Source: Eubacteriales bacterium
GTDB taxonomy: Bacteria > Bacillota > Clostridia > Oscillospirales > CAG-272
Direction: 5' to 3'
Assembly: GCA_045660125.1 (NCBI GenBank)
Contig: JAZRDG010000062.1
Coordinates: 18,273 to 82,272 of the forward strand
Length of the DNA: 64,000 bases
The notes beneath the pieces are model-generated. The model ran no database searches. It saw only the letters and a list, made by a program, of their open reading frames with translations, and was not told where the DNA came from. This document shows, in pieces, positions 54,791 to 63,604 of the stretch (position 1 is the first letter of the stretch; each line of letters begins with the position of its first letter). The position numbers and the translations under genes were made by a program.

Positions 54791-55795
54791 TCAGGGGACG
54801 TAGTAGAAGTCCTCTGCAGGCAGCTGACCGCCGATGGAAGCGGGCGCAACGTTGAGCAGTACGCCATAAAAGCTTTGCAATCCGGCTTTCATTTCTGCAC
54901 CGTCAATGTAGCAGATGTTGGAATTGGGAATTGCCTTTTTTGCAACGGGAGCCTGTGCAAAAATGCCTGCTTCTACGATCATAACAGAGGCCTCGTCAGT
55001 GTTGGTGTTGACAAATTCGATAGACGCCTTGTACTCGGTCAAAAATGCCTGTACTGCATCGGGATACTGCTCAAGGAACTGGGTGCGCACAACGACGCAG
55101 CCTTGCATCAGGGAGTTTGCGGGGTAGTGCTTTTCCCATTCTGCGGTCAGATCAAGAGATGCTGCAAGAGAAGCGTTCGCGCTCTTTGCAATGGTGACCA
55201 TGGGCTCGGGCAACACTGCAATATCAACCATGCCGGAAGCAATTGCGGTGCGCAGATCGGCAGGCTGCGCGTAGGTGTTGTCAATGATGATATCCTCGCC
55301 AACCTTCAAGCCGTTTGCTTCGCATACAGCCTTGAACAGGAAGGTGGGGTTCTGTGCAGGGCAATAAACGGTCTTGCCGCGCAGATCCTCAAAGGAGGTA
55401 ATCGTAACCTTTTCTTTATTGTTCATCACGTAAAGCACGCCAAGTGTGTTGACCGCGATCACCTTGACACCGCCGTTAGTCTTAAGAGCTACGTTAGCAG
55501 CAGCGTTTGTGGGCAGCGCGGCAATATCGCATGCACCGCTAATCAGGGAGGCTGTAATGTTAGAGGCGTCGGTTTCTACGGTTACAGTGTAGGGAAGCGT
55601 TGCAGTGCCGTTCTTGCTATCGGAGATCAGCTTTGCCATGCCAAAGCCGGTCGTGCCGTTGAGTACCATAACGTTTACGTTTGAAGGAGCAGGCTTGTTT
55701 TCGGGATCGGGGTTTTTACCCACGCAGCCTGCAAACACGGAAAGCGTCAGCAACAGAGTCAGAAGTACGGAGAAGATTTTGATTGTGGTTTTCAT
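54791..55795 (-). CDS. ABC transporter substrate-binding lipoprotein (NMT1/SsuA-like), substrate unknown
   Basis: I moved the start to ATG 55795, giving a signal peptide and lipobox (LTLSVFAGC). It has a periplasmic-binding fold of the NMT1/THI5 type. The 36-codon extension in the track has no RBS. Confidence 0.85.
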   Translation of the reverse strand: MKTTIKIFSVLLTLLLTLSVFAGCVGKNPDPENKPAPSNVNVMVLNGTTGFGMAKLISDSKNGTATLPYTVTVETDASNITASLISGACDIAALPTNAAANVALKTNGGVKVIAVNTLGVLYVMNNKEKVTITSFEDLRGKTVYCPAQNPTFLFKAVCEANGLKVGEDIIIDNTYAQPADLRTAIASGMVDIAVLPEPMVTIAKSANASLAASLDLTAEWEKHYPANSLMQGCVVVRTQFLEQYPDAVQAFLTEYKASIEFVNTNTDEASVMIVEAGIFAQAPVAKKAIPNSNICYIDGAEMKAGLQSFYGVLLNVAPASIGGQLPAEDFYYVP

Positions 55796-55811
55796 GTTTT
55801 GTAATTTCCTT

Positions 55812-56474
55812 TCACTTATAATGATGTAACATGCGGTCTCGGTCCAGTAGCCGTACCGTTTTTTGTTCTTTATTGATAAATCCGTCCTGCTCCAGCTTAT
55901 CAAAAGCGCGATAGAGCGAGGCGCGGCCTATATCCAACATTGTGCATAGGGCATTCATGGGCAGATCCAGCGTGACGATACTGCCATTGGCATGCGCATC
56001 TAACCAGAATGCCAGTCTTTGTTCGGCAGATCCCGCGGTCAGGCAAGAGATCTTTTGATTGAGATACAACGTCTTTTGCGCAAGGAATGCAATGTATTGA
56101 TATCTGACGGTGCTGTCATGATCAATCAGATGCATCAAAAACGGCTTGCGCAACACCAGCACCTTGCAATCGGTTTTGGCAACGATTCTGGTAGCAAAGG
56201 GGCTGTCCGTAAACAGATTGGATATACCAAAGATCTCGTGCGGTGTAAACACACGCAAAAGCACCTGCTTGTCCGAATCTGCCGAGTATGCAGCAGCCGT
56301 GCCTTCGCACAGTACGTAAAGCTCATCACTTGGTTGTCCCGGCGATAAAATGACGCTGTCGCGCGCAAGGCAGACGAACTCCGGGGCATCGATCTGTGCT
56401 GCTGCAGCAATTGTTTTGGGGCTTGCTCCCATGGTAATTGGCAGCTTTTCAAGTATTTGTTGAATTTGATTCAT
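55812..56474 (-). CDS. Crp/Fnr-family transcriptional regulator
   Basis: It has an N-terminal cNMP-binding-like beta barrel and a C-terminal HTH (ALCTMLDIGRASLYRAFDKL). Its stop lies 16 nt before the binding-protein gene. Confidence 0.88.
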   Translation of the reverse strand: MNQIQQILEKLPITMGASPKTIAAAAQIDAPEFVCLARDSVILSPGQPSDELYVLCEGTAAAYSADSDKQVLLRVFTPHEIFGISNLFTDSPFATRIVAKTDCKVLVLRKPFLMHLIDHDSTVRYQYIAFLAQKTLYLNQKISCLTAGSAEQRLAFWLDAHANGSIVTLDLPMNALCTMLDIGRASLYRAFDKLEQDGFINKEQKTVRLLDRDRMLHHYK

Positions 56475-56507
56475 ACGACCTCCGAGTGTCTCATATGATA
56501 CACTTTA

Positions 56508-56536
56508 ATTATAAATGAATGACGGCACAATGTCAA
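56508..56536 (-). promoter_or_regulatory. Promoter of the crp-family/ABC importer operon
   Basis: The minus strand reads TTGACA-17 nt-TATAAT. Confidence 0.6.
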
Positions 56537-56576
56537 TAGGTTTTGCAGAAATCTCATGAAAATTCACACATAGATA

Positions 56577-56605
56577 TTGCATTTTTGAAAGGGGTGTAGT
56601 ATAAT
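56577..56605 (+). promoter_or_regulatory. Promoter of the nucleotidyltransferase-nahK-galE-galM operon
   Basis: The sequence reads TTGCAT-17 nt-TATAAT. Confidence 0.6.
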
Positions 56606-56651
56606 ATATAGAGTTATAGGTATATTACCTAATATTAGTAGGAGGCGCTCC

Positions 56652-57548
56652 ATGACACTTGTAATTTTAGCAGCGGGTATGGGATCGCGTTACGGCGGTC
56701 TCAAGCAGATTGATCCCATGACGGAGCATGGCGAATTTATCATCGATTTCTCCATTTATGACGCTATCAAAGCCGGTTTTGATAAGGTAGTGTTCATCAT
56801 CAAAAAGGAGAACTATCAGGCATTTAAGGAAACGGTTGGCGCAAGAGTTTCTTCGCATATTCAAACCTATTATGCCTTCCAGCAGCTTGATGATCTGCCC
56901 GGCGGATATTCTGTACCGGACGGAAGAACCAAGCCTTGGGGAACAGGGCATGCGCTTTACGCAGCAAGAGAATATCTGACCGAGAATTTTGCCGTCATCA
57001 ATTCGGACGATTTTTACGGACGGGATGCTTTCTTCAAAGCGGCAGAGCATTTGAAAACACACGCGGATGGTGATCATTACTGCATGGTCGGTTACAGACT
57101 TGGTAACACGCTGTCGGATAGCGGCACGGTATCGCGCGGTCAATGCTACGTTGATGAGAACGAAATGCTCACCGGCGTGACCGAACGCACGGATATCAAG
57201 CGCGTAGGGGAGAATGCGGCTTACAAGGATCAGGACGACGCATGGGTGGATCTGCCCGGCTCAACCGTTGTCTCCATGAACTTCTGGGGATTGACTCCCG
57301 GAATCGTGCCCAAGCTTGCACAGGGCTTTGAGGCATTTTTGGCAGAGCGCGGCACAGAGCTCAAAAGCGAATATTATCTGCCCGGCGCAATCGATGGCTT
57401 TATGAAAGCAGACCTTTGTGACGTACGCGTTTACAAAACCGATGCACAATGGTATGGCGTAACCTATACGCAAGATAAGGAATACGTGAAGGGATCGATC
57501 AAGAGCATGATCGACGCAGGCGTGTATCCCAAATCATTATGGGGCTGA
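56652..57548 (+). CDS. Sugar-1-phosphate nucleotidyltransferase (specificity unknown)
   Basis: It has an N-terminal NTP-transferase loop (ILAAGMGSRYGGLKQ) and KPWGTGHA. AGGAGG lies 6 nt upstream. It is the first gene of the nahK-galE-galM operon. Confidence 0.8.
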   Translation: MTLVILAAGMGSRYGGLKQIDPMTEHGEFIIDFSIYDAIKAGFDKVVFIIKKENYQAFKETVGARVSSHIQTYYAFQQLDDLPGGYSVPDGRTKPWGTGHALYAAREYLTENFAVINSDDFYGRDAFFKAAEHLKTHADGDHYCMVGYRLGNTLSDSGTVSRGQCYVDENEMLTGVTERTDIKRVGENAAYKDQDDAWVDLPGSTVVSMNFWGLTPGIVPKLAQGFEAFLAERGTELKSEYYLPGAIDGFMKADLCDVRVYKTDAQWYGVTYTQDKEYVKGSIKSMIDAGVYPKSLWG

Positions 57549-57578
57549 CAATACCCAAACAAGCATGAAAGGATTATT

Positions 57579-58679
57579 ATGAATCACGCACAGATTTTTT
57601 TGATTGCCGAGAAATTTGATTTTCAAGGTACACCGATTTCGATCACCGAATGCACTACAGGTCACATAAACTCTACGTTTTTTGTAGATTGCAGCTCGGA
57701 TGACGGACTCAGCCGTTACGTTTTGCAGAGCGTTAACACCTCGATCTTTAAAAAACCCGATCAGGTTATGCAGAACATTTTGAACGTTACCAAGCATATT
57801 GAAAACAAATTGATCGCCATTGGCGGTGACGCTAAGCGCGGCACGCTGCACGTTGTCAATGCCAAAGACGGACACTATGCGTATATCGATGAAGAGAGTC
57901 ATTATTGGCGCGCTTATGAATTCGTGGAAGACGCTACCTGCTATCAGGCAGTAGAGTCCGAGGAGATGTTTACCAAGGTTGGTAAGGCTTTCGGTATTTT
58001 CCAAAGACAGCTTGCTGATTTTGATGCATCCGTTTTGTTTGAGTCGATTCCCAATTTCCATAATACCGAGGATAGATTTAACCAGTTCATCACCGCTATG
58101 GAAAATAATGCTGCCGGCAGACGCGATAGCGTACGCGACGAGATTGCGTTCGTGCTGCGCAGACAAGACTCCTGCAGTTACATCAACGAGCGCATTGCTG
58201 ACGGCAGAATTCCGCTCCGTGTGACGCATAATGATACCAAGCTCAACAATATCATGCTTGACAATGAAACAGGCGAGGGTATTTGCGTAATCGACCTTGA
58301 TACGGTCATGCCCGGCTCGGTGCTTGCTGATTTTGGCGATAGCATTCGCTTTGGCGCATCTTCCGCTGCAGAAGATGAAACCGATCTTGATAAGGTCTAC
58401 GTAAGACTTGAAATGTTCGAAGCGTTTGCGAAGGGCTTTATTGAAGGTTTGGATCATTCGCTGACCGAAGAAGAGATCCGTTCGCTGCCCATGGGTGCAT
58501 ACATACTGACCCTGGAGACCGGTATTCGCTTCCTGACCGACTATCTCAACGGCGACACCTATTTCAGAACGGCATATGCACAGCACAATCTTGACCGTGC
58601 ACGCAATCAGTTCAAGCTTGTTGCGGATATGGAACAGAAGATGGATCAGATGAACCTGATCATTCAAAAATATTTGTAA
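57579..58679 (+). CDS. nahK: N-acetylhexosamine 1-kinase (APH-fold)
   Basis: Blocks GHINSTF, RVTHNDTKLNNIM, IDLDTVMPGS and DFGDSIRFGAS closely resemble the characterised Bifidobacterium longum NahK as I recall it. Confidence 0.82.
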   Translation: MNHAQIFLIAEKFDFQGTPISITECTTGHINSTFFVDCSSDDGLSRYVLQSVNTSIFKKPDQVMQNILNVTKHIENKLIAIGGDAKRGTLHVVNAKDGHYAYIDEESHYWRAYEFVEDATCYQAVESEEMFTKVGKAFGIFQRQLADFDASVLFESIPNFHNTEDRFNQFITAMENNAAGRRDSVRDEIAFVLRRQDSCSYINERIADGRIPLRVTHNDTKLNNIMLDNETGEGICVIDLDTVMPGSVLADFGDSIRFGASSAAEDETDLDKVYVRLEMFEAFAKGFIEGLDHSLTEEEIRSLPMGAYILTLETGIRFLTDYLNGDTYFRTAYAQHNLDRARNQFKLVADMEQKMDQMNLIIQKYL

Positions 58680-58703
58680 TACGAAACACGGAGGAATACA
58701 AAA

Positions 58704-59723
58704 ATGGCAGTATTGATTACAGGCGGCGCAGGTTTTATCGGCTCTCACGCTGCAGTTGAATTTTTGTACAAGGGTTATGATCTTGTAATCCTTGATAATT
58801 TCTCGAACAGTAAGCCCTGTGTACTTGATCGTATTCGTCAGATCACGGGCAAGGATTTTAAGTTTTATGAAATCGATCTGCTGGATAAGCCGGCGGTTGA
58901 TGCTATGTTTGACGAGTGTCCCGAGATCGATTCCTGCATTCATTTCGCAGGTCTGAAGGCAGTTGGCGAATCGGTGCAAATGCCCTTGGAGTATTATCAC
59001 AACAATCTGACCGGCACTATCAATCTTTGCAAGTCTATGCGAGAGCATAACGTAAAGACAATCGTATTCAGTTCTTCTGCAACTGTTTACGGTGATCCTG
59101 CAACCGTTCCGATCCGTGAGGATTTCCCCACGGGTAAGACCACCAATCCTTACGGTGAGACCAAGCACATGATCGAGCGCATTCTCAAGGACCTGCAGTT
59201 TGCTGATCCTGCATGGAGCGTTTCCATTCTTCGTTATTTCAACCCCATCGGCGCGCATGAAAGCGGCCTGATCGGTGAAGACCCTGCCGGCATTCCCAAC
59301 AATCTGCTGCCTTATATTACGCAGGTTGCTTCGGGCAAGCGCGAATATCTGCGCGTATACGGCAACGATTATCCCACGCACGACGGCACAGGCGTTCGCG
59401 ACTATATCCACGTCGTAGACCTTGCTCGCGCGCACCTTTTCGCTCTCGAGCTTGCAATCAAGCAGCCCGGTATTGATTATTTCAACATCGGTACGGGTAA
59501 CGGTTATTCCGTGCTTGACGTTGTACACGCATTTGAAAAGGTAACCGGCAAGCCTCTGCCTTATCGCATTGAGGGCCGCCGCCCCGGTGACATTGCCGTA
59601 TGCTATGCTGATCCCTCCAAGGCTGAAAAGATGCTTGGTTGGAAGGCTGAATACGATATGAACCGCATGTGCGAGGACTCTTATCGTTGGCAGTCCATGA
59701 ATCCCAACGGATACGGAGATTGA
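58704..59723 (+). CDS. galE: UDP-glucose (UDP-hexose/HexNAc) 4-epimerase
   Basis: It is an SDR with TGGAGFIGSH, YGETK and the typical GalE C-terminus. Confidence 0.95.
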   Translation: MAVLITGGAGFIGSHAAVEFLYKGYDLVILDNFSNSKPCVLDRIRQITGKDFKFYEIDLLDKPAVDAMFDECPEIDSCIHFAGLKAVGESVQMPLEYYHNNLTGTINLCKSMREHNVKTIVFSSSATVYGDPATVPIREDFPTGKTTNPYGETKHMIERILKDLQFADPAWSVSILRYFNPIGAHESGLIGEDPAGIPNNLLPYITQVASGKREYLRVYGNDYPTHDGTGVRDYIHVVDLARAHLFALELAIKQPGIDYFNIGTGNGYSVLDVVHAFEKVTGKPLPYRIEGRRPGDIAVCYADPSKAEKMLGWKAEYDMNRMCEDSYRWQSMNPNGYGD

Positions 59724-59727
59724 TTAT

Positions 59728-60783
59728 ATGGTAACTAAAGAGTTATTTGGCTATATGCCCGATGGACGCGAGGTGTACGTTTATACACTGCAGCATCATA
59801 TTGGCGGTATTCGCGCAAAGGTATGCGAATTCGGCGGTACGCTGATGAGCATTGAAGCACCCGATAAGGACGGACTCTTTACCAACGTGCTTTGCGGCTA
59901 TGATTCGCTTGACGACCTGATGAACTCTGACGGCTACGTCGGCGCACTGATCGGTCGTTACGGTAACCGTATCGGCGGTGCGCGCTTTACGCTGGAGGGC
60001 AAGGAATACACGTTGTATCCCAATAACAACGGTAACACGCTGCACGGCGGCAAGGTTGGCTTTTCGCACAAGCTGTGGGCATCCTCGTATTCTGATACCA
60101 CGCAGCCCAGCGTATATTTCTCGCTGATCTCTCCCGATATGGAGGAGGGCTTCCCGGGTGAGCTGGCTTGCACCGTAACCTACCGCATTACCGAGGACGA
60201 TACGCTTGCAATCGATTACAAGGCGATTACCGATAAGACCACGGTGATCAGCCTGACCAATCACGCATACTTCAATCTTGGCGGCTTTGCATCCGGCAAG
60301 GTGTTTGATCAGGTATTGCAGATGGATGCGGGACGTTATCTCAAGACCGACGAGCAGCTGATTCCTACCGAAATCGCTTCAGTCGAGGGCACGCCTTTCG
60401 ATTTCCGTACCGCAAAGCCGATCGGACAGGATTTCTTTGCAGATAACACCGACCTGAAGTTTGCAGGCGGCTATGACCATTGCTGGTGCTTTGACACCTA
60501 TGACGGTCAGATCAAGCGCGTTGCAACCGCATATGATCCCAAGACCGGCAGAGCCATGGACGTGCGCACCGATATGCCTTGCGTACAGTTCTACAGCGGC
60601 AATTTCCTGACCGACGACGGACATCCGTTCTACGGCGGCTACAGAAAGGCAACGCAAAATGCTTTTTGCTTAGAAACCCAGATCATGCCCGACAGCCCCA
60701 ACCGTCCGGACTTTACGCCTTGCGTTTTAAGACCGGGTGACGTTTATATGACCACCACGGAATTTAAGTTCTACGTGAAATAA
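59728..60783 (+). CDS. galM: Aldose 1-epimerase (galactose mutarotase)
   Basis: It has GalM blocks: GRYGNRI, NGNTLHGG, NHAYFNL and ETQ..PDSPN. Confidence 0.9.
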   Translation: MVTKELFGYMPDGREVYVYTLQHHIGGIRAKVCEFGGTLMSIEAPDKDGLFTNVLCGYDSLDDLMNSDGYVGALIGRYGNRIGGARFTLEGKEYTLYPNNNGNTLHGGKVGFSHKLWASSYSDTTQPSVYFSLISPDMEEGFPGELACTVTYRITEDDTLAIDYKAITDKTTVISLTNHAYFNLGGFASGKVFDQVLQMDAGRYLKTDEQLIPTEIASVEGTPFDFRTAKPIGQDFFADNTDLKFAGGYDHCWCFDTYDGQIKRVATAYDPKTGRAMDVRTDMPCVQFYSGNFLTDDGHPFYGGYRKATQNAFCLETQIMPDSPNRPDFTPCVLRPGDVYMTTTEFKFYVK

Positions 60784-60790
60784 ATCAAAG

Positions 60791-60818
60791 AAAACCGACT
60801 CGAATGCGAGTCGGTTTT
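60791..60818 (+). terminator. Intrinsic terminator after galM
   Basis: The sequence AAAACCGACTCG-aatg-CGAGTCGGTTTT forms the hairpin. Confidence 0.75.
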
Positions 60819-60873
60819 CTTACATATTCGGCTGCTTCCGTTCATATATTGCATCGAAAGGCGGTGTAAACAG

Positions 60874-62091
60874 ATGACGGATAAACGAAGAAAGTTATGT
60901 TTAAGATTATTGGTAAGCTTTATGACGGTAGCGCTGTTGCTTTCCACTGTGGCCGCAGGGGCGCAGACTATGCCGATCAGTGAAGACGATTGGGCTTTAT
61001 GGAACGCAACGGATGATAAAATCACCTTTGAGGGCGAGCTTGCATGCAAATCTGCGGTGCTTATGGAGGCGCAGACAGGTGAGATCCTGTACGAAATAAA
61101 CGCTGACCAAGGGTTACCTCCCGCATCAGTCACCAAGGTCATGACGCTGCTTTTGGTCATGGAGGCGATCGAGCAGGGAAAGATGAAATGGGAGGATACG
61201 GTCACGGCAAGCGCGCACGCTTGCTCTATGGGCGGCTCGCAGATCTATCTCAAGGAAGGCGAGCGTATGAGCGTGGAGGATCTGGTCAAAAGCGTTGTGA
61301 TTGCCTCTGCGAATGATGCCGCGCTCGCTTTGGCGGAGCACATTGCAGGTAGCGAGCAATCGTTTGTAAAAATGATGAACGACAAAGCGCTGCAGCTTGA
61401 TATGCTCAATACAAAGTTTGAGAATACCAACGGGCTTGACGATACCACGCTCAATCACTATACATCGGCACGCGATATTGCAATTATGTCGCGCGAGCTG
61501 ATCAAGCATCAGAAAATATTGGAATACAGTTCTATTTGGATGGATACTATTCGCAACGGTGCTTTTGGGCTGACCAATACAAACAGGCTGGTGCGATTTT
61601 ATAAGGGGTGTACAGGGCTCAAAACAGGCTCTACATCCAAAGCAGGATTTTGCGTCAGCGCGACCGCAAAGCGCGACGGTATGTCGCTGATCTGCGTGGT
61701 AATGGGAGCAGAGAACAGAGATACAAGAAATCAGATCGCTACGCAGCTGTTGGACTGGGGCTTTGCCAATTTCGGATTGTTTGCAAAGCCGGGAGGAGAC
61801 CTACATGGAATCCAGGTCAAAGGTGGTACGCAAAGCACTGCCAGTGCAAAATACGGCGGCTTTTATTGCGTCATGCCCAAGAGTGAAATTGCAAAGGTGC
61901 AAGAAAAAGCCGAGCTTGAAGCGCCGTCTTTTCAAGCACCGTTGCATGCAGGAGATAAGCTTGGAAAGGTGGTATATACCTTGGATGGCAAGCAGATCGG
62001 AAGCGTCAGCATCCTGTGCACCGAAAATATAGAGAAACTCGGATTTTTCGGTGCGCTTGGGAGGATAATTGCAAAATTTCTGCTGATTTAA
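60874..62091 (+). CDS. D-alanyl-D-alanine carboxypeptidase (PBP5 family, S11)
   Basis: It has a signal or TM segment, SxxK (ASVTKVM), SxN (ASAND) and KTG (LKTGST). Confidence 0.9.
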   Translation: MTDKRRKLCLRLLVSFMTVALLLSTVAAGAQTMPISEDDWALWNATDDKITFEGELACKSAVLMEAQTGEILYEINADQGLPPASVTKVMTLLLVMEAIEQGKMKWEDTVTASAHACSMGGSQIYLKEGERMSVEDLVKSVVIASANDAALALAEHIAGSEQSFVKMMNDKALQLDMLNTKFENTNGLDDTTLNHYTSARDIAIMSRELIKHQKILEYSSIWMDTIRNGAFGLTNTNRLVRFYKGCTGLKTGSTSKAGFCVSATAKRDGMSLICVVMGAENRDTRNQIATQLLDWGFANFGLFAKPGGDLHGIQVKGGTQSTASAKYGGFYCVMPKSEIAKVQEKAELEAPSFQAPLHAGDKLGKVVYTLDGKQIGSVSILCTENIEKLGFFGALGRIIAKFLLI

Positions 62092-62113
62092 CGTAAAAAT
62101 ATGCGCATAGCAC

Positions 62114-62142
62114 TTGAAAAAAACGTCATGATGCGCTATAAT
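62114..62142 (+). promoter_or_regulatory. Promoter of pgi
   Basis: The sequence reads TTGAAA-17 nt-TATAAT. Confidence 0.6.
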
Positions 62143-62191
62143 GATTACAGACGCCAATACTTTGGCGAATAACGAAAAAGGCGGTTAAAAT

Positions 62192-63529
62192 ATGGCAATC
62201 CGACTTAACGACAATTATTTGAACGGTTTTATTTTGAAACAGGAATATGCTGCAATTCAGCCTCAGGTTACTGCAGCACATAAAATGCTGACCGAGAAAA
62301 GCGGTCTTGGCAACGATTTCCTTGGCTGGACGACGCTGCCCGAAGATTACGATAAGCAGGAATTCGCAAAGATCAAGGAATGTGCAGAGAAGATCAAGAA
62401 GGACTGTGACGTGTTTATCGTCATCGGCATCGGCGGTTCTTACCTTGGTGCTCGCGCTGTAATCGAGTATCTCAAGTCTCCCTTGTACAACAATCTCAAA
62501 AAGGACACCCCCGACATTTATTTCGCAGGTTGCAATATCAGCGCAGCATCCATTGCCGAGCTGCTGAGCATTTGCGAGGGCAAGGACGTTTGCATCAACG
62601 TTATCTCCAAGTCCGGTACGACCACCGAGCCTGCTGTTGCTTTCCGTGTATTCCGTAACATGCTGGAAGCAAAGTACGGTGTTGAGGGCGCAAAGGAACG
62701 CATTTACGTAACCACAGACCGTCAAAAAGGCACGCTGAAGGCTTTTTCCGACCAGATGGGTTACCAGACCTTTGTTGTGCCTGATGACGTAGGCGGCAGA
62801 TTCTCCGTGCTTACAGCAGTTGGCCTTCTGCCCATTGCAGTTGCAGGCATTGACGTTGACGCGCTGATGAAGGGCGCTGACGACGCAAGACTTGCATATA
62901 CCGACGATGCAATCGAGAACAACGATTGCTACAAGTACGCTGCAATCAGAAACATTCTGTACAGAAAGGGAAAGACCACCGAGATTTTGGTTGGCTACGA
63001 AACCTATGCACAGATGTTCAACGAATGGTGGAAGCAGCTGTACGGCGAGAGCGAAGGCAAGGATCAAAAGGGCATTTTCCCCGCGTCCGTTATTTTCTCG
63101 ACCGACCTGCATTCTCTTGGTCAGTACATCCAGGACGGCGTACGTAATCTGTTCGAAACCGTAATCTCGATTGAGAACAACGACGTATCCTTTGATATTC
63201 CTCACGATCCCGCAAACGTTGACGGCTTGAACTTCCTGTCCGGTGTGGATCTTAACGTGGTTAAGAAGACCGCAATGCAGGGAACCTTGCTTGCTCACGT
63301 GGACGGTGGCGTTCCGAACGTACTGCTTGAGATCAAGGATCGCAGCGCACACTCGCTTGGTTACATGATCTACTTCTTCGAGCTGGCTTGTGCAATCTCC
63401 GGTTACATGCTCGGCGTTAATCCTTTTGACCAGCCCGGTGTAGAAGCGTACAAGAAAAACATGTTCGCACTGCTTGGAAAGCCCGGTTACGAGGAAATGA
63501 AGCAAAAACTTGAGGCAAGATTGGGATAA
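62192..63529 (+). CDS. pgi: Glucose-6-phosphate isomerase
   Basis: The 445-aa Firmicute-type PGI has [18 protein letters not shown] and GESEGK blocks. Confidence 0.95.
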   Translation: MAIRLNDNYLNGFILKQEYAAIQPQVTAAHKMLTEKSGLGNDFLGWTTLPEDYDKQEFAKIKECAEKIKKDCDVFIVIGIGGSYLGARAVIEYLKSPLYNNLKKDTPDIYFAGCNISAASIAELLSICEGKDVCINVISKSGTTTEPAVAFRVFRNMLEAKYGVEGAKERIYVTTDRQKGTLKAFSDQMGYQTFVVPDDVGGRFSVLTAVGLLPIAVAGIDVDALMKGADDARLAYTDDAIENNDCYKYAAIRNILYRKGKTTEILVGYETYAQMFNEWWKQLYGESEGKDQKGIFPASVIFSTDLHSLGQYIQDGVRNLFETVISIENNDVSFDIPHDPANVDGLNFLSGVDLNVVKKTAMQGTLLAHVDGGVPNVLLEIKDRSAHSLGYMIYFFELACAISGYMLGVNPFDQPGVEAYKKNMFALLGKPGYEEMKQKLEARLG

Positions 63530-63544
63530 TTTTTCAAAAAGGTC

Positions 63545-63573
63545 TTGTCAAATTCAAAAAAATATAGTATAAT
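63545..63573 (+). promoter_or_regulatory. Promoter of the small P-loop ORF
   Basis: The sequence reads TTGTCA-17 nt-TATAAT. Confidence 0.55.
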
Positions 63574-63604
63574 ATAACAAAGCATACCATGGAGGTCTAA
63601 ATAT

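Noticed and set aside
55796-55903. The ORF track gives N-terminal extensions for the binding protein here. It does the same for the ABC ATPase, rhaA, nadE, mazG, yabQ, divIC, the sigma factor, GrpB, hisB and trkA.
   Set aside because: The extensions begin at TTG, GTG or unsupported ATG codons without an RBS. They often overlap the upstream gene or bury the signal peptide. Internal ATGs with proper SD spacing give canonical N-termini.
57537-59528. A 663-aa minus-strand ORF spans nahK and galE. Similar full-length shadows lie opposite rhaA (21698-22987), pgi (62126-63505), trkA (3599-4624) and hisZ (12336-13370).
   Set aside because: All are in phase with the recognised sense genes. nahK and galE share a frame, so a single shadow bridges both. 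They reflect avoidance of TTA, CTA and TCA in core genes.
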